Assembly: GCA_964016885.1 (NCBI GenBank)
Contig: OZ024743.1
Coordinates: 89,094,001-89,158,000, forward strand
Source of the DNA: Eledone cirrhosa
Taxonomy: Eukaryota
Direction of reading: 5' to 3'
DNA: 64,000 bases
A model generated the notes under the pieces. That model did not search any database and was not told the origin of the DNA. It worked only from the letters and a program-made list of their open reading frames with translations. A program made the position numbers and the translations under genes. Positions 1 to 13,448 of this stretch are shown here, piece by piece; position 1 is the first letter of the stretch, and each line of letters starts with the position of its first letter.

Positions 1-380
1 GGGGTGGTGATAGTGGTGATGGTGATGGTGATAGTGGTAATGGCGATGGTGGTGGTGGTGATAGTGGTGGTGGTGATGGTAATAGTGGTGTTGGTGATGT
101 GGTGGTGGTGATAGTGGTGGTGGTGATAGTAGTGGTGGTGGTGATAGGGGTGATAGTGGTGGTGGTGGTGATGGTGATAGTGGTGGTGGTGATGGTGGTG
201 GTGGTGATGGTGATAGTGGTAATGGCGATGGTGGTGGTGGTGATAGTGGTGGTGGTGATGGTAATAGTGGTGTTGGTGATGTGGTGATAGTGGTGGTGGT
301 GATAGTAGTGGTGGTGGTGATAGTGGTGGTGGTGGTGATAGTGGTGGTGGTGGTGGTGGTGGTGGTGGTGTTGGTGGTAA
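1..380. repeat. (GGT)n/(GAT)n compound microsatellite
   Basis: Continuous ggt/gat/agt triplets; source of the poly-Val ORF 99..287. Confidence 0.95.
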
Positions 381-642
381 TTTAATGTTTAACAGGTGTT
401 CTGTATTCAAACACTGCCAAAGGAGGTCAACTTAGATTCTTTAAATTATTTCATGTCAATAAAATATGCCAGTTATTGTTGCTGTTGTTGAACCTCAGGC
501 CTCTCTCTCTCTCTCTGTTTTGTCTTTTTAGATAGTTGTATGTTGTTTTAGGGAGATTCAGCTACGATTTCTAGCTGCTATGTTGTCACAGATAAGTACC
601 TGTTATACATGTGGGGAGAGGACTCGTATAATACTCCTCATT

Positions 643-782
643 AGGGCTGGATTTAATGAGGAGCGAAGGTGGCAATTGCCTGGGGGTGGTGGTGTATGTA
701 TTCTATTTTTTTTTTGTATGAGACCCCCCCCCCCCTCCACACGCCTGGGGTGCCCCCCCCCCCGGTCTAAATTCAACCCTGC
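643..782. mobile_element. GC-rich MITE-like element
   Basis: agggctggattta ... taaattcaaccctg inverted termini; related termini at 43485-44124 and 51536-51854. Confidence 0.5.
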
Positions 783-859
783 TCCTCATACATGAATACA
801 TGAATATTGGTCTTGTGTCTAGTTGAGGAACAGTAGTATTAATTATTAGGTGCTTAGTC

Positions 860-1255
860 ACTCTAATTAAGTGAAGCCTCCTCTCTGCTCTTACAGTGTA
901 TGGTATTAGCTCCCTAGTAATTTAGTGAAGGTCTCTCCCTGGTCACACAGTATATGATGTGAGTACTTCAGTGACAGTCCTTCCCTGCTCTTACAGTGGT
1001 ATTAGGTCCTTAATACTTCAGTGAAAGTCCCTCCCTCAGCTGACAGTGGTCTTAACAGCCTGGTAATTTGGTGTAGGTCCTTCCCTGGTCACACAGTGTA
1101 TGGCATCAGCACTTATTACTTCAATGACTGTGCCTCTCTACCCTTATAGTGTATGGTATTAAGTCCCTAATACTTAAATGGAGGTCCCTCCTATGTCTGA
1201 CAGTGTATGGTATTAGCTCCCGAGTAGTTCAGTGAAAGTCCCTCTCTGGTAATAC
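860..1255. repeat. Degenerate ~50-bp tandem minisatellite
   Basis: Recurring agtgaaggtccctccctgNtcNNacagtgtatggtattag units. Confidence 0.7.
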
Positions 1256-1539
1256 AATAGATCTTATGAGGACCCTAGTTGGTGTTTCTGTCCTGTAACA
1301 TAGTAGTTTGACAAAAAATAGATTGTTAACATAAGTAGCTGATTTGACAAAGAAATAATACTGGGGTTAATATGATTTGACCAAAGTGGGTTGATGACTC
1401 TGCAATGCAATGACCTGGAACCATTAAAACAATAAGAGAATGCACACTCACACATACACAGGTTCTCTCTCTCTCTCTCTCTATATATATATCATCATCA
1501 TTTTATGTCCGCTTTTCCCTACTTGCAAGGGTGGGACGG

Positions 1540-2300
1540 GTCCTATTCAGCACAGCATCTCTCCACTTGTCACAGTCCTTTGTCATCTCCACCGTGAGCT
1601 TCAGCGATCTGAGGTTTGCTCTCACCACCTCCACCCATGTTTTTCATGGTCTACCTCTACTACGTCTTCCTTCAACTGCCATTTCTTGGCACTTCTTCAC
1701 CCGTCGGTCATCCTCCATGCGCATCACATGTCCATACCACCTCAGTCTCCTCTCTCGCACACTACATCCTATCCCTCTCAGACACAGTTTCTCTCTCAAC
1801 ACATCCATGCTCAGTCGTTCACGCACATTGACATTGCACATCCAACGGAGCAGGCTTGCCTCATTTCTCTCCAGCATTTGCATATTCTCTACAGTTGCTG
1901 CTCATGTCTCACTACCATGCAGCATCGCGCACCTCAGACAGGCATCATATAACTGGCCTTTCGTACGCAGGGAGAAACCCTTCTTCATAAGCAGAGGAAG
2001 CAGCTCCCTAAACTTCTTCCAACCCGTCCTTATTCTAGATACTATGGCCTTGGAACACCCCCTTCCATGCTAATCTGATCACCTAGGTACCGGAAGCTAT
2101 CAACCACTTCTATAGCACCCACCTGCATTTGAAAAATGTGTCTAATGTGACTTCTACTGTCAAATTTCCCTGTATATCTGCATACATATTTCTCCCTACC
2201 TGTTAGTTTGCCTGCTATCCCACTACATCTCTTGTGTACCCAAGATCTGCATTGTGTGCATTTTATAGAATTTATGCCAGTTCCTTTTCTGCATATCAAA
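1540..2300 (-). mobile_element. RTE LINE 3' fragment (PHD-like insert, RT C-terminus)
   Basis: ORFs 2042..2341 (CRKG..KCTQCRSWVHKRCSG..VVDSFRYLGD) and 1644..1883 (LRWYGHVMRM..RGRP), homologous to 9462-13040. Confidence 0.9.
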
Positions 2301-2639
2301 CATATATAGTAATAATAAAAAATGTGAAGACTAAAATCCAAAGAGGGCTCGATAAGGATAAATATATATCAAATATATAAGAACCCTAGAGCAAATATTT
2401 ATTAAAATAACAGATTTAGTTTCAGAAGATCCTGTTAAGGGTGAAAGCAACGATTCTTTGCTTCAACTTTAATCTGTTATTTTAATATATGTATGTATAT
2501 ATATATATATATATATATACAGACGCATACATGTGTCTACTAGGAACAGGTGTAAAATCATTTGGTGTATGTATAGCTATATCATCATTGTTTATGTTTT
2601 TACTACTACATTCCATGCTGGGTTGGGCTGTTCTTGAAT

Positions 2640-3106
2640 TGTATTGTATGTGTGTGTGTGTATATATTTATATATTTTGGTACATATGTTAGTTTGTGTG
2701 TGTATATATATATATATATTGGTACATATGTTAGTGTGTGTGTGTATGGAGAGCAGGACATGATATTCCTACACTTATTTAACTCAAAACATATTTGGAT
2801 CTTAAAGTTTAAACTTATCTACGGAATAGGTTTGATTTTGAAATTTAAATGTGTCTAAACATCACGGCCCCTTGGCAATACAGTTCGTCTTCGTTGATTT
2901 ATTATTTTAAATCGATATGGACAAACTGTAGTATAATAATTAGTATACTTCAATCTGGCTAAATTTTTCTTTTGCGATATATATACAGATGTGTTGGTAT
3001 CTGTGTTTCATCACATACATATTAATTTATATATATATATATATTTTGGTACATATGTTAGTGTGTGTGTATATATATATATATATATATTTTGGTACAT
3101 ATGTTA

Positions 3107-3144
<38 letters not shown>

Positions 3145-3345
3145 TGGTATATATGTTATTATGTGTGTGTATATATATATATATATTGGTATATATGTTA
3201 TTATGTGTGTGTATATATATCTATATTTTGGTATATATGTTATGTGTGTGTGTGTATATATATATATTGGTATATATGTTATTATGTGTGTGTATATATA
3301 TATATATTGGTATATATGTAAGTATCTGCATGTATGTAGTTGAGT
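2640..3345. repeat. Compound (GT)n/(AT)n minisatellite
   Basis: Repeated tattggtatatatgttattatgtgtgtg units with variable dinucleotide runs. Confidence 0.9.
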
Positions 3346-3608
3346 AAAAGTTCCTATTCGGTCAAGTTTGTACGTGTTAAAATAAATATAAACCTGTATC
3401 TACCTGTTCTATGGTATTGGTAGGTTATATCCGGTCCATCTGCCTTTATACATTCATATGTATATACATAGGTACATACACTTGCTTAATCAAGTGATAA
3501 GGGTGGACACTGTTAAAGTATGATGACCCCTGAAAACCACTGGTCATCCATACCTGAAGAAATAGAAGAAATTGCTGGTTTGTATTTGTATGTATATACA
3601 CATATATA

Positions 3609-3651
<43 letters not shown>

Positions 3652-4473
3652 TTATATATTTATATTATTTATGTTTGTGTATGTATATATTTATATTTAT
3701 GTATGTGTATGCAAGGGCCTTGTTTCAGGGGGGTACCAGGGGACAAGCCCCTCCCACTTTTTCAAACGTCTATGTTTTATTTTTTGTTTATTTGATATAA
3801 GTTTTTTTAAAGCTTATTTTTTTTTATATCTGAACTTCATTTGAATATAGAAAATTTAATTAGCATAAAATTTTACTTATGTGATAAGGTCCGGGAAAGG
3901 CACAATAAGCAATTTATGCTCTTTAAGAATCAACAAATGTTGGTTTGTCCCCCTCACATTTTAAAGGCAAACGAGGCCCCTGTGTGTATGTATATATATT
4001 TATTTATATTAAGTATCATCATTATCATCGTTTTAACGTTCACTTTCCCTGCTAGCGAGGATTTGACGGTTCTTCATAGACCAAGTCAGTGCTGAAACAG
4101 TGGCTGCTGATCTCCCAGACAACCTAGGAATCTGTGTGTGTGTGTATATATATATATATATTAAAGAGTTAAACAAGATTCAATGAGTGCATCAAAGAAT
4201 GAGTTTTACAGTAGATTGGAAGCACTCTACAGTAAAAAATAATTTTCCAGAGTTATTAATATTAAAATACAAATATTAATAAAATAGATGTTCTTTTGAT
4301 CAATTAAATTTTATTATACATATTTCAGAGGTACAACAGTACGTCCTCATCAGACAAAATATAATGATACATGACATACCCTGAGATGTTAAATGGTTAT
4401 GGTTTAATCAAGGTAGTGATTAACCTAAGAGAAAACTCAACATTTATAAATATATATATATAAAAAACTCAAC

Positions 4474-4512
<39 letters not shown>

Positions 4513-4861
4513 TACCAAATTTGTCTATCATACAAATTAGCTTAACCATTTCCAGTATCTTCCTATATTCTGTATAACATATATAGTGTAGCTATAACAG
4601 TGTTCCTCTGTACAGGGAATCATAGAATTAGGTATTCTTTGATGAGATTGCAGTAACATTTGAAATACAAACATAAACAATAATCTCATGTTTTTTTTTC
4701 TGGGTAGGGAGGAATAGTCAAAAGTGTTTACACTTCATAGATCATTGTTTTCTCAACAATGGCTTCTAATTGAAAAACAGTAGTTATATGTATCGTGTGT
4801 TTATATTAAAATCTTCAAATGTAGCATAAGAATGTGTGTGTGTGTGTGTCTGTCTGTTTGT

Positions 4862-5270
4862 CAGGTCGCTCTTCAGTGCTACTGGTAACATGTAACCCAG
4901 TACAGCCTGTACATAGTCGGGTCATCGGCGACTAAACCAACGACCCCACTAAGCTTGCTTGGTGAGGAGTATGATTTTAGACACCCTGTGAGATGAAAAA
5001 CAGAACCCATCAAATGGCAGAGGAACTCAGGAGAGTCAACGACCAATCAATAAATTTTTTTTTAGGGGGACAGTGGAGTGAGAGACCCCTTGTATTCATT
5101 AAGACATCTCTCTAGGAGTAGGTCACTCCGATATAAAACCTGCGACTTCATTTCCAACCAATGATGTAGACCAGTTCTTCTTTTTTGGAAAATGCATTCA
5201 ATGTTGAGAGAGTGGGATTGGCTCCGTGCATCAAGCGTTAGCCGTTACTTGAAATTGAGTTGCAGCCATC
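4862..5270 (+). mobile_element. Non-autonomous RTE-derived element (5'UTR plus short 3' end, (CAT)n tail)
   Basis: 5' region homologous to 45892-46200 and 48470-48716; carries the ctaggag.aggNNactc.gatat motif. Confidence 0.6.
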
Positions 5271-5955
5271 ATCATCATGTATGTATGTATGTGTGTATGT
5301 ATGAATGTATGTGTGTGTGTGTACACGTGTTATATATGAATGTACATATGTATGTAGGTAGGTATGTATGTATGGGGAAAGCCAGTACAATGTAAATAGG
5401 AAGTACAATGGTTGAACTAGAGGATAGTTTTTACCCTATATTTCATAATATTTCAAGGTTAGAAGCTCGTTATCAAATGAAGAAAAATCAGCAGATTGTT
5501 TTGTTCTTACCCAACAAACAAAAACTCATGAGAAGATGATGTTTCTTTATTCTTTATTTCATTATAAAATATAGGGTAAAACTATTGTTTTGTCATACCA
5601 CCATTACATTTATATTTCCTATTCACATTTCTATTCACAACTTTCCAAATATATATATATATATATATTCCAAATATATATATATATATATATATATTTA
5701 CACACACACACACACATATATATACACACACATATATATACACACACATATATATATCTATGTACACACACATATATATACACACACACATCATCATCAT
5801 CATCGTCGTTTAATGTCCATCTTCCACGCTACCATGGGTTGGACGGTTTTGTCCCAATTGTATATGTGTTAGATTATTCTTACATTCTCACCATATTATT
5901 CCACCTCTTCTCACCCTTCAGCTGTATTTGCAATTAAAAATAATTCCTATTATTA

Positions 5956-6570
5956 ACTCTGCCGAGGTTAACTTTGCCTTTCATCCATACGGGGTCGATA
6001 AAATAAAGTACCAGTAATGTACTGGGTAATTGCTGGCCTTGTGCCTAAAGTAGAAACAATTATTAACTCTATGAAGAATGGTCAGTGTTAGAACCGGTGG
6101 AGCATCAGACAAAATACTTTGGATTCTTTTATGTTCTGAATTCAACCCCTTATAATTTCATCAACTTTATATTTTCATCTTTCAGGGGTTGTTAAAATAA
6201 TCACAAGTTTACATTTATTTGCTGTGCTCCTTCCAAAATATATTCAAAGATTTTATTTTCAAGATTTAGAAATCCTTCTTAGCTCTGCTAGCAGGGTTGA
6301 TTGGCAGAGTCATTAGAATGACAGACAGTTCCTTAGCAGTATTTGTTTCGGCTATTTAGGTTCTGAGCTCAAATCCTGTCGAGGTCAACTCTGCTTTTCA
6401 CCTTTCCAGGGTCATTAATATAAAGTGTCAGTGAAGGACTCGAGTCGATGTAATTGATTTTCTCCCCCTCCTCAAAATTACAGGCCTTGTGCCTAAATTA
6501 TTATTATTAAGCACCAGTAATACACTGGGATAATTGCTGGCCTTGTGCCAAAAGTAGAAACAATTATTAC
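5956..6570 (+). mobile_element. Cluster of Nin/Deu-domain tRNA-SINE copies
   Basis: B-box gagNtcaaatcc, core actttgcctttcatcc..cggggtcgataaaataaagtaccag, tail ggccttgtgcc.aaagtagaaacaattatt. Confidence 0.8.
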
Positions 6571-6696
6571 TAGTTTCAGACCTGTGCTGAGGCATCACAT
6601 TCAAAGTTTTTAGTTGATTGTATTGATCCAACATATATATTTGCTCTGGTCTTATCTGATTGATTTCTTTATATTATATTAAGTTAAACTAGAAAA

Positions 6697-6885
6697 TAAT
6701 AATTGTTACTACTTTCGGCACAAGGCCAACAATTATCCCAGTGTATTACTGGTACTTTATTTTATCGACCCCGTAAGGATGAAAGGCAAAGTCAACCTCG
6801 GTGGGATTTGAACTAAGATTGTAAAGGGACGTAACTATGCTGGAAAGCATGGCGTCCGACCCTCCACTGATACTGCCAATCCACC
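6697..6885 (-). mobile_element. Nin-domain tRNA-SINE, full length
   Basis: Reverse complement of the 14932-15125 family; aaataat on both flanks. Confidence 0.85.
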
Positions 6886-6961
6886 ATAAATAATATCAAA
6901 ATCTTGTAGATTCGATATTGTGTGAGATAATTACTGTGAAAATATAATAGTATATATAGAG

Positions 6962-7150
6962 TAATAATAATCATAATGAAAATTATTGTGTACAGTGCTC
7001 AGGTGCACTACAACTCATCAAAGGTGCATGTATAGTACATAGAATAATGTACAAATGTCAGGAAAGTGAACAGTGTATGAGTCATGATATACACACAGAT
7101 ACATGTGTGCGTGTGTATTGAGGGGGAATATCTGGTGTAGTGTTGGTGAT
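6962..7150 (-). mobile_element. CR1-group LINE 3' end with (ATT)n tail
   Basis: Near-identical to 20490-20660 and 32570-32760. Confidence 0.75.
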
Positions 7151-7629
7151 GTTAATAATGTAACTGCTAAAGGGTTAACCAACCTTGCCCTTACCATAAA
7201 TTTACTGGCCTTGTGCCTAAATTAACAACCAATATTAGAAAGAATTATTAACCCTGCTATCAACTGTTTACTAATTTCTCTCCACCCATCTAACCATCTT
7301 ATGAAATATGTTCTTTTTTCTCTTACATGGCTTACCTGGCTGCTTCTGTCTTCTCAATTACACAACTACTTTTACCTGATAATTTACCTGTTTATAGATC
7401 CACCCACAGACACCATCTTGCCTGATTACATACCTAGATCTAATCACAGATCAACTTACCTGATAATTTACCATTTATAACATAGCTATTTCTACCTATA
7501 GAACACTCACTACATCAGGTAACTTTACAGCATCGCAATCCACATATGACCATCAATACCTACATACATTTCATTCATATTTAAAGATAAATGCTCTTTT
7601 AATTCAGTTCAGCTTTTATATGGGTGGTT

Positions 7630-8260
7630 TGTACAGGTTGTGGTGTATAGTGTTATGTAGTGTGTATGCTGTAGTATACAGTGTTATGTAGTCTACATGT
7701 TGTAGTATATAGTGTTATGTAGTATACAGTATTATGTTGTGTACAGGTTATGGTGTATAGTGTTATGTAGTTTACACTGTACATGTATACAATGTTATGT
7801 TGTGTACAGGTTGTGGTATATAGTGTTATGAAGTGTGTATGCTGTAGTATACAGTGTTATGTAGTCTACATGTTGTAGTATATAGTGTTATGTAGTATAC
7901 AGTATTATGTTGTGTACAGGTTGTGGTGTATAGTGTTATGTAGTTTGCACCGTACATGTATACAATGTTATGTTGTGTACAGGTTGTGGTGTATAGTGTT
8001 ATGTAGTGTGTATGCTGTAGTATACAGTGTTATGTAGTCTACATATTGTAGTATATAGTGTTATGTAGTTTACAGTGTACATGTAGTATACAGTGTTATG
8101 TTGTGTACAGATTGTAGTATATAGTGTTATGTAGTTTACTGTGTACATGTAGTGTACAGGTTGTAGTATACGGTGTTATGTAGTGTATATGCTGTAGTAT
8201 ACAGTGTTATGTAGTCTACATGTAGTATATAGTGTTATGTAGAGTACAGGTTGTATATAA
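7630..8260. repeat. Minisatellite (tgtagtatacagtgttatg units) with 173-bp higher-order period
   Basis: tacaggttgtgg..tagtgttatg.agtgtgtatgctg restarts at 7632, 7805 and 7978. Confidence 0.85.
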
Positions 8261-8459
8261 TGAGGTGTATAAATGTGGCTATAATCAGTTCTAGTTTAAG
8301 CAAAATACCAGTAATTTTGGGGTAGTTAAAGTCTGTTCTAAGTCGAAGGCTCATCAAGCCAGTGCTTAACCCTGGTTTACTGTTGTAAAGCCATAGTTTA
8401 CATCGTGTACATAGTACAGAGCTCCTAACTACCTCTTTTCTGTATATCTAGTATGTCTA

Positions 8460-8725
8460 CTTCCTCCATGACAGTAGTGGTCTATCTTTTTTCTTGCTTA
8501 CTAAAAGTTTTTGTATTTGTTAAGTTTACTTTAAGACACCTTAATTCTAGGCTTTGCTTTTTGGTTTGGAGTTTCTACTCTAAATTTCTGACAGATTTTG
8601 CTGATGAGAGCTAAGTCATCAGCATTTTATAAGTTCACAGTCTACCTTAAACTCCATTGTTATTGCCTGGAAAACTTTAATAAACCAGGTGAGGCTGAAA
8701 GCTGTGCTTTGATACCTTGTTAAAT
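8460..8725 (-). mobile_element. Old degraded RTE RT fragment
   Basis: Reverse strand resembles the ELLYADDL..LESKGLKVN region of the RTE copies. Confidence 0.55.
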
Positions 8726-9159
8726 TCCTTGCTGAAATCATTAACGATTACCTTGTGACTGTGCTCCTCTCTATGTGGGTTACATGACCCTCACAAGCCA
8801 TTCATTTACCCCTAATTTCTTTAGTGACCACCAGACTACATAGTAGCGTACTCTCTCAAAGGACTTCTTCAAGTAGATGAATGCTAGGCTGGTTATGTAC
8901 TAAGAACTTCTTCTGCAATTGTAGGACAATTGTAAGGGCATTGGTAACACCATATCCTCGCACAAAACTGAACTGTATTTCATGTAGACTAATTCTCTTC
9001 CTAACCATGACTTGAGTTAGTCATAGGTTGTTTTGGCAAAAGTTTTCTTACTTAATGCCCGTCCTATCACCAACCATGTTATGGCTTTGATTGAGTATAT
9101 TTCATCAAACCACTAGAGAGGCTGTCTGTCAGGACTTAAAAGTCCTTTTCTCCCCCAGC

Positions 9160-9191
<32 letters not shown>

Positions 9192-9428
9192 GTGAGGTTT
9201 TTTTACAAAATGAAAAAAAAACGAGGTGTCCTGTATGAGTGAAAGTATAAGGAAAAAAGATGAAATCGAAAATGCAACTGGAGTCTTTTTTTATAAAAAT
9301 AGATATTTATTTGGTTCCTTTACTGGTTTCTCAGTTCTTCTGCTTTTCAAAAGTAGAATTGAAATGGAGGGTTTGTGGTTTTTCTCACACACACACACAT
9401 ATATATACATACACACATATATATACAT

Positions 9429-9461
<33 letters not shown>

Positions 9462-9465
<4 letters not shown>

Positions 9466-12400
9466 TCTGAAAAATCTGGACACTCAGTGACAATGCCAAA
9501 GATAAAGACAAATTCACCTCATGCTGCTGGACGAAAAGACAAGGACTCCTCCTCTTTGTTCCGGCCGCGGATGGCCAACATAACCCCAGCCCCATTCCCC
9601 TCCCCCCTCCCCGCACCCCACCGTTCCCACCCACCAAACGCAATCCAAAACTTCAGAGTTGGTACCATGAATGTAGGCACCTTAAAAGGTCGCTCTAACG
9701 AGGTTGTAGAAATGCTTGAACGTAAGGAGGTTGATGTTTGCTGTATCCAAGAGACCAGGTGGAGGGGTGGGTCTGCTAGATTCATTGTGGGTAAAAAACG
9801 ATGCTATAAGCTTTTCTGGGCGGGAAAGGAAAATGGGCTGGGTGGGGTAGGAATCATGTTAGCAGAAAAATGGGTAGATAAGATAATAGACGTAAATAGA
9901 GTGAACGACAGAATAATTAAAATAAGACTTATCCTAAATAGAACTATTGTGACAGTAATATCTGCGTATGCACCCCAATCCGGACTGCCTGGCACTATAA
10001 AAGACAGATTCTATGAGACATTGATGCTCACTACCTCCCAAATAACCGACAGTGACTACATAATTATTGCTGGTGACCTAAATGGTCACGTTGGACAACA
10101 TTGTGTCGGCTATGACGGAATCCATGCAGGCTATGGGTTTGGTACTAGAAATGAGGAAGGCTCCAGAATCCTGGAATTCTGTGACGCAAATAACCTAACT
10201 ATCTGTAACACTAACTTCAAAAAACGAGAAAATCACTTGATCACCTATAGATCGGGGGAACACACAAGCCAGGTGGATTATATCCTTACCAGAAGACGTG
10301 ACAGAGTGTCTATTGTAAACACTGAATCCCTCCCCCATGAAGAATGCACCTCCCAACATAGACTCATAGTCAGCGACCTCATAGTCAGGACAAGACGTAC
10401 TCGACAACAGAGGAGGACTATCCTCAGGAGAAAAATATGGAAGCTAAAGGACCCCACAACCAGTAATAAATTTAAAAGCATATTACTTGATGCTTTCGAT
10501 AGTAAGGAAGAGCAATTAGAGTCGTACAATATAGAGGAACAGTGGGAATTCCTGAAAGCTAACCTGCTGAAGGCGGCAGATGATGTCTGTGGCTGGAGCA
10601 GGCCTATAGGCAGGAGGAGAGTAACATGGTGGTGGAACAGTAAGGTGGAGGAGTCAATTAAGGCCAAAAAGCAGGCTTGGAAAGTATGGCGGGATGGGGG
10701 AAGTAGACAAGACTATCAAGTGGCCAGGAGGGAAGCTAGGAGACAAGTGTACTTCGCAAGAAGGGAAGCAGAGGAAAGAAAGTTCAAGCATGTTCTACAA
10801 CGCGAGGACCAAAAACGTGAGGTGTTCAGGATTGCTAGGCAATATGTCAAGGAAAACCGTGATATTGTTGGGGAGAAGTGTGTCCTTAATGATGATGGTG
10901 TACTTGCCATCACTGACGCTGATAAGAAGGTAGCTTGGAAGTGTCACTACGAAAGGCTACTAAATGAGGAGAATAAATGGGAGAAAGACAGCCTCCCCCA
11001 CATCGATCCAATAGAGGGACCAGCAGTGCTAGTTGAAGGTAGTATAATAAGTAAGGCAATCAAAGATATGAAGACGGGTAAGGCGGCTGGGCCTTCGGAA
11101 ATAGTTGCTGAAATGCTGAAAGCATCTGGAACGGTGGGACACACTATGGTCACCCGGATAGTAAACCAAGTCATACAGAATGGGGCTGTTCCGAATGACT
11201 GGCGTAGCAGCATCATCATTAACTGCTACAAGGGTAAAGGTGATGCCCTAGATAGGGGTAACTATAGAGGCATTAAATTAATCGACCAGGTCAGGAAGGT
11301 CACAGAAAAAGTAATAGCGCAACTAATCAGAGAATGAATTGATCTAGATGAAATGCAGTTCGGGTTTGTGTCAGGTAAAAGTACCACAGACGCTCTTTTC
11401 ATTGTACGGCAACTACAGGAGAAGTACCTAGCTAAAAGTAAACCCCTATACTTAGCTTTTGTTGACTTGGAGAAAGCCTTTGACAGAGTCCCCTGCTCCA
11501 TTATCTGGTGGGCGCTTAGAAAACTAGGTGTTGATGAATGGCTTGTGAGAGCTATACAAGCCATGTATAAAGAAACAGTCAGCAAGGTTAGAATTAACAA
11601 CGAATATAGTGAAGAGTTTAGCATAAAAGTTGGTGTTCATCAGGGCTCCGTTCTTAGCCCCCTACTATTTATTATTGCCCTTCAGGCTATAACAGAGGAG
11701 TTCAAGACCGGCTGCTAATGGGAACTTTTATATGCAGATGATCTAACGCTCATAGCTGAATCAATGGCTGAACTAGAGAAGAAATTCCAAACATGGAAGC
11801 ATGGCCTAGAATCAAAAAGCCTTAAAGTTATCTTGTCTAAGACTAAAGTTCTAGTTTGTAGGAAGGAAAATAGGGCACCGGTCGCATCTTGGAAATGGCC
11901 ATGCTCAGTGTGTAGGAAAGGAGTAGACAGAAACTCCATTTTATGTCCCAAATGCAAAGTATGGGTGCATAAAAGATGTAGTGGGATCACAGGTAAGCTA
12001 ACTAAGAATATAGATTTTATATGTGGCAAGTGCCCACAGAATACTAGCTCATTCCATTGCACAGATGGTTCTATAGAAATAGTGGACACCTTCCGTTACC
12101 TGGGTGACAAAATCAGCAGTGGGGAAGGGTGCTCTGAAAGTACAGTAGCTAGAGTCAGAACGGGATGGAAAAAGTTCAGAGAGCTTATACCACTATTGGC
12201 CGCTAAAGGGTTCTCTCTAAAAATGAAAGGAGGCTGTATGATGCCTGCATACGAACAGCAATGTTACATGGCAGTGAGACCTGGGCATTGTGTGCAGAGG
12301 ATATACGCAGACTGGAGAGGAACGAAGCTTGCATGCTCTGCTGGCTGTGTAATAGTAATATACGTGAACGGCAAAGCATGAACGAACTAAGGGAGAAATT

Positions 12401-13040
12401 AGGAATAAGAGGGATCAGATGTTGTTTACTCGAGAGAAGACTACATTGGTACGGTCACGTGATGCGCATGAAAGACGACAGCTGTATAAAAAAGTGCAGG
12501 GCGATAAAAATAGACGGTAGCCACGGAGTAGGCAGACCCAGAAAAACCTGGGACGACTTGATAAATTCCGACCTCATACACTTACACCTCTCCAAGACAA
12601 TGTCACTGGATCGAGATCTTTGGCGCTACACAGTAATACAGAAGACCCGCCTTGCATAAGTACAAAGCGAAACCTACAGTCAGTAGGCACCTCTAACAAA
12701 ATACACCCCTGTCCCACTACCCCCACCCCATCCACACCACCCCCTTAAATGTGAAGCTATGTTGGTACCACAACATCCAGTCCGAAACAAATGAGGTCGT
12801 GTAGGTGTCACGACAAAAAAACACACAGTCCACGCTGTAATGTGGCCGTGTAGGTAACACGGTAAAAACCTCCCAGTCCACACTGTAAACGTGGTTGGTG
12901 TTAGGAAGGGCATCCAGCTCTAGAAAACCCGCCAGACAGTCCTATACGAGCAGGACAACCAATCTTGCCTCAAGTGGGAAAACTCCCGTCCAAACCCATG
13001 CGAGCCTGGAAGATGGACGTTAAACGATGATGATGATGAT
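9462..13040 (+). mobile_element. Near full-length RTE-clade LINE (APE endonuclease + RT), inactivated
   Basis: ATG 9493; APE motifs GTMNVGTL, IQETRW, SAYAP, AGDLNGH, QVDYIL, SQHRL; RT motifs NYRGIKL, QFGF, FVDLEKAFD, GVHQGSVLSP, YADD; stops at 11335 and 11716, frameshift near 12230; (GAT)n tail; (TA)n on both sides. Confidence 0.97.
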
Positions 13041-13104
13041 ATATATAAATATATAAATATATATACATCCATATATATACATATATATACATCCATATAT
13101 ATAT

Positions 13105-13448
13105 GGAGGCACATGGCTTAGTGGTTAGTGCATTGGCCTTGCAATCGAAAGGTTGTGAGTTCAATTCTCAGACCAGGTGATGTGTTGTTTCCTTGAGCAA
13201 GACACTTTATTTCACATTGCTCCAGTTTACTCAGCTGTAGAAATGAGATGATAGGGACTGGGGTCCCTATCATTCCACTGCACAGTGGTTGTGGAGGTAC
13301 CATGGCAAAAAAAAGCACCCAGCACTAACTGTAAATGAGGTTGGTGTTAGGAAGGGCATCCAGCTGTAGAAATCGAGCCAGAATCAGTTCCTGTCCCACC
13401 CTTGCAAGCAGGGAAAAGTGGACGTAAAATAATGATGTTGATGATGAT
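13105..13448 (+). mobile_element. tRNA-derived SINE (CORE/Meta-like centre) with RTE-type 3' tail
   Basis: A-box tggcttagtgg, B-box gagttcaattc, ccttgagcaagacact core, then ggttggtgttaggaagggcatccagc..tggacgtaaa(atg)n as in the RTE 3'UTR. Confidence 0.85.

Noticed and set aside
5458-5540. Possible upstream MOSPD2 exon (LEARYQMKKNQQIVLF)
   Set aside because: Weak resemblance only; runs into a stop with no convincing donor.
9226-9492. N-terminal 89 codons of the 703-aa ORF
   Set aside because: Read-through of flank and (TA)n repeat; the RTE ORF most plausibly starts at ATG 9493.
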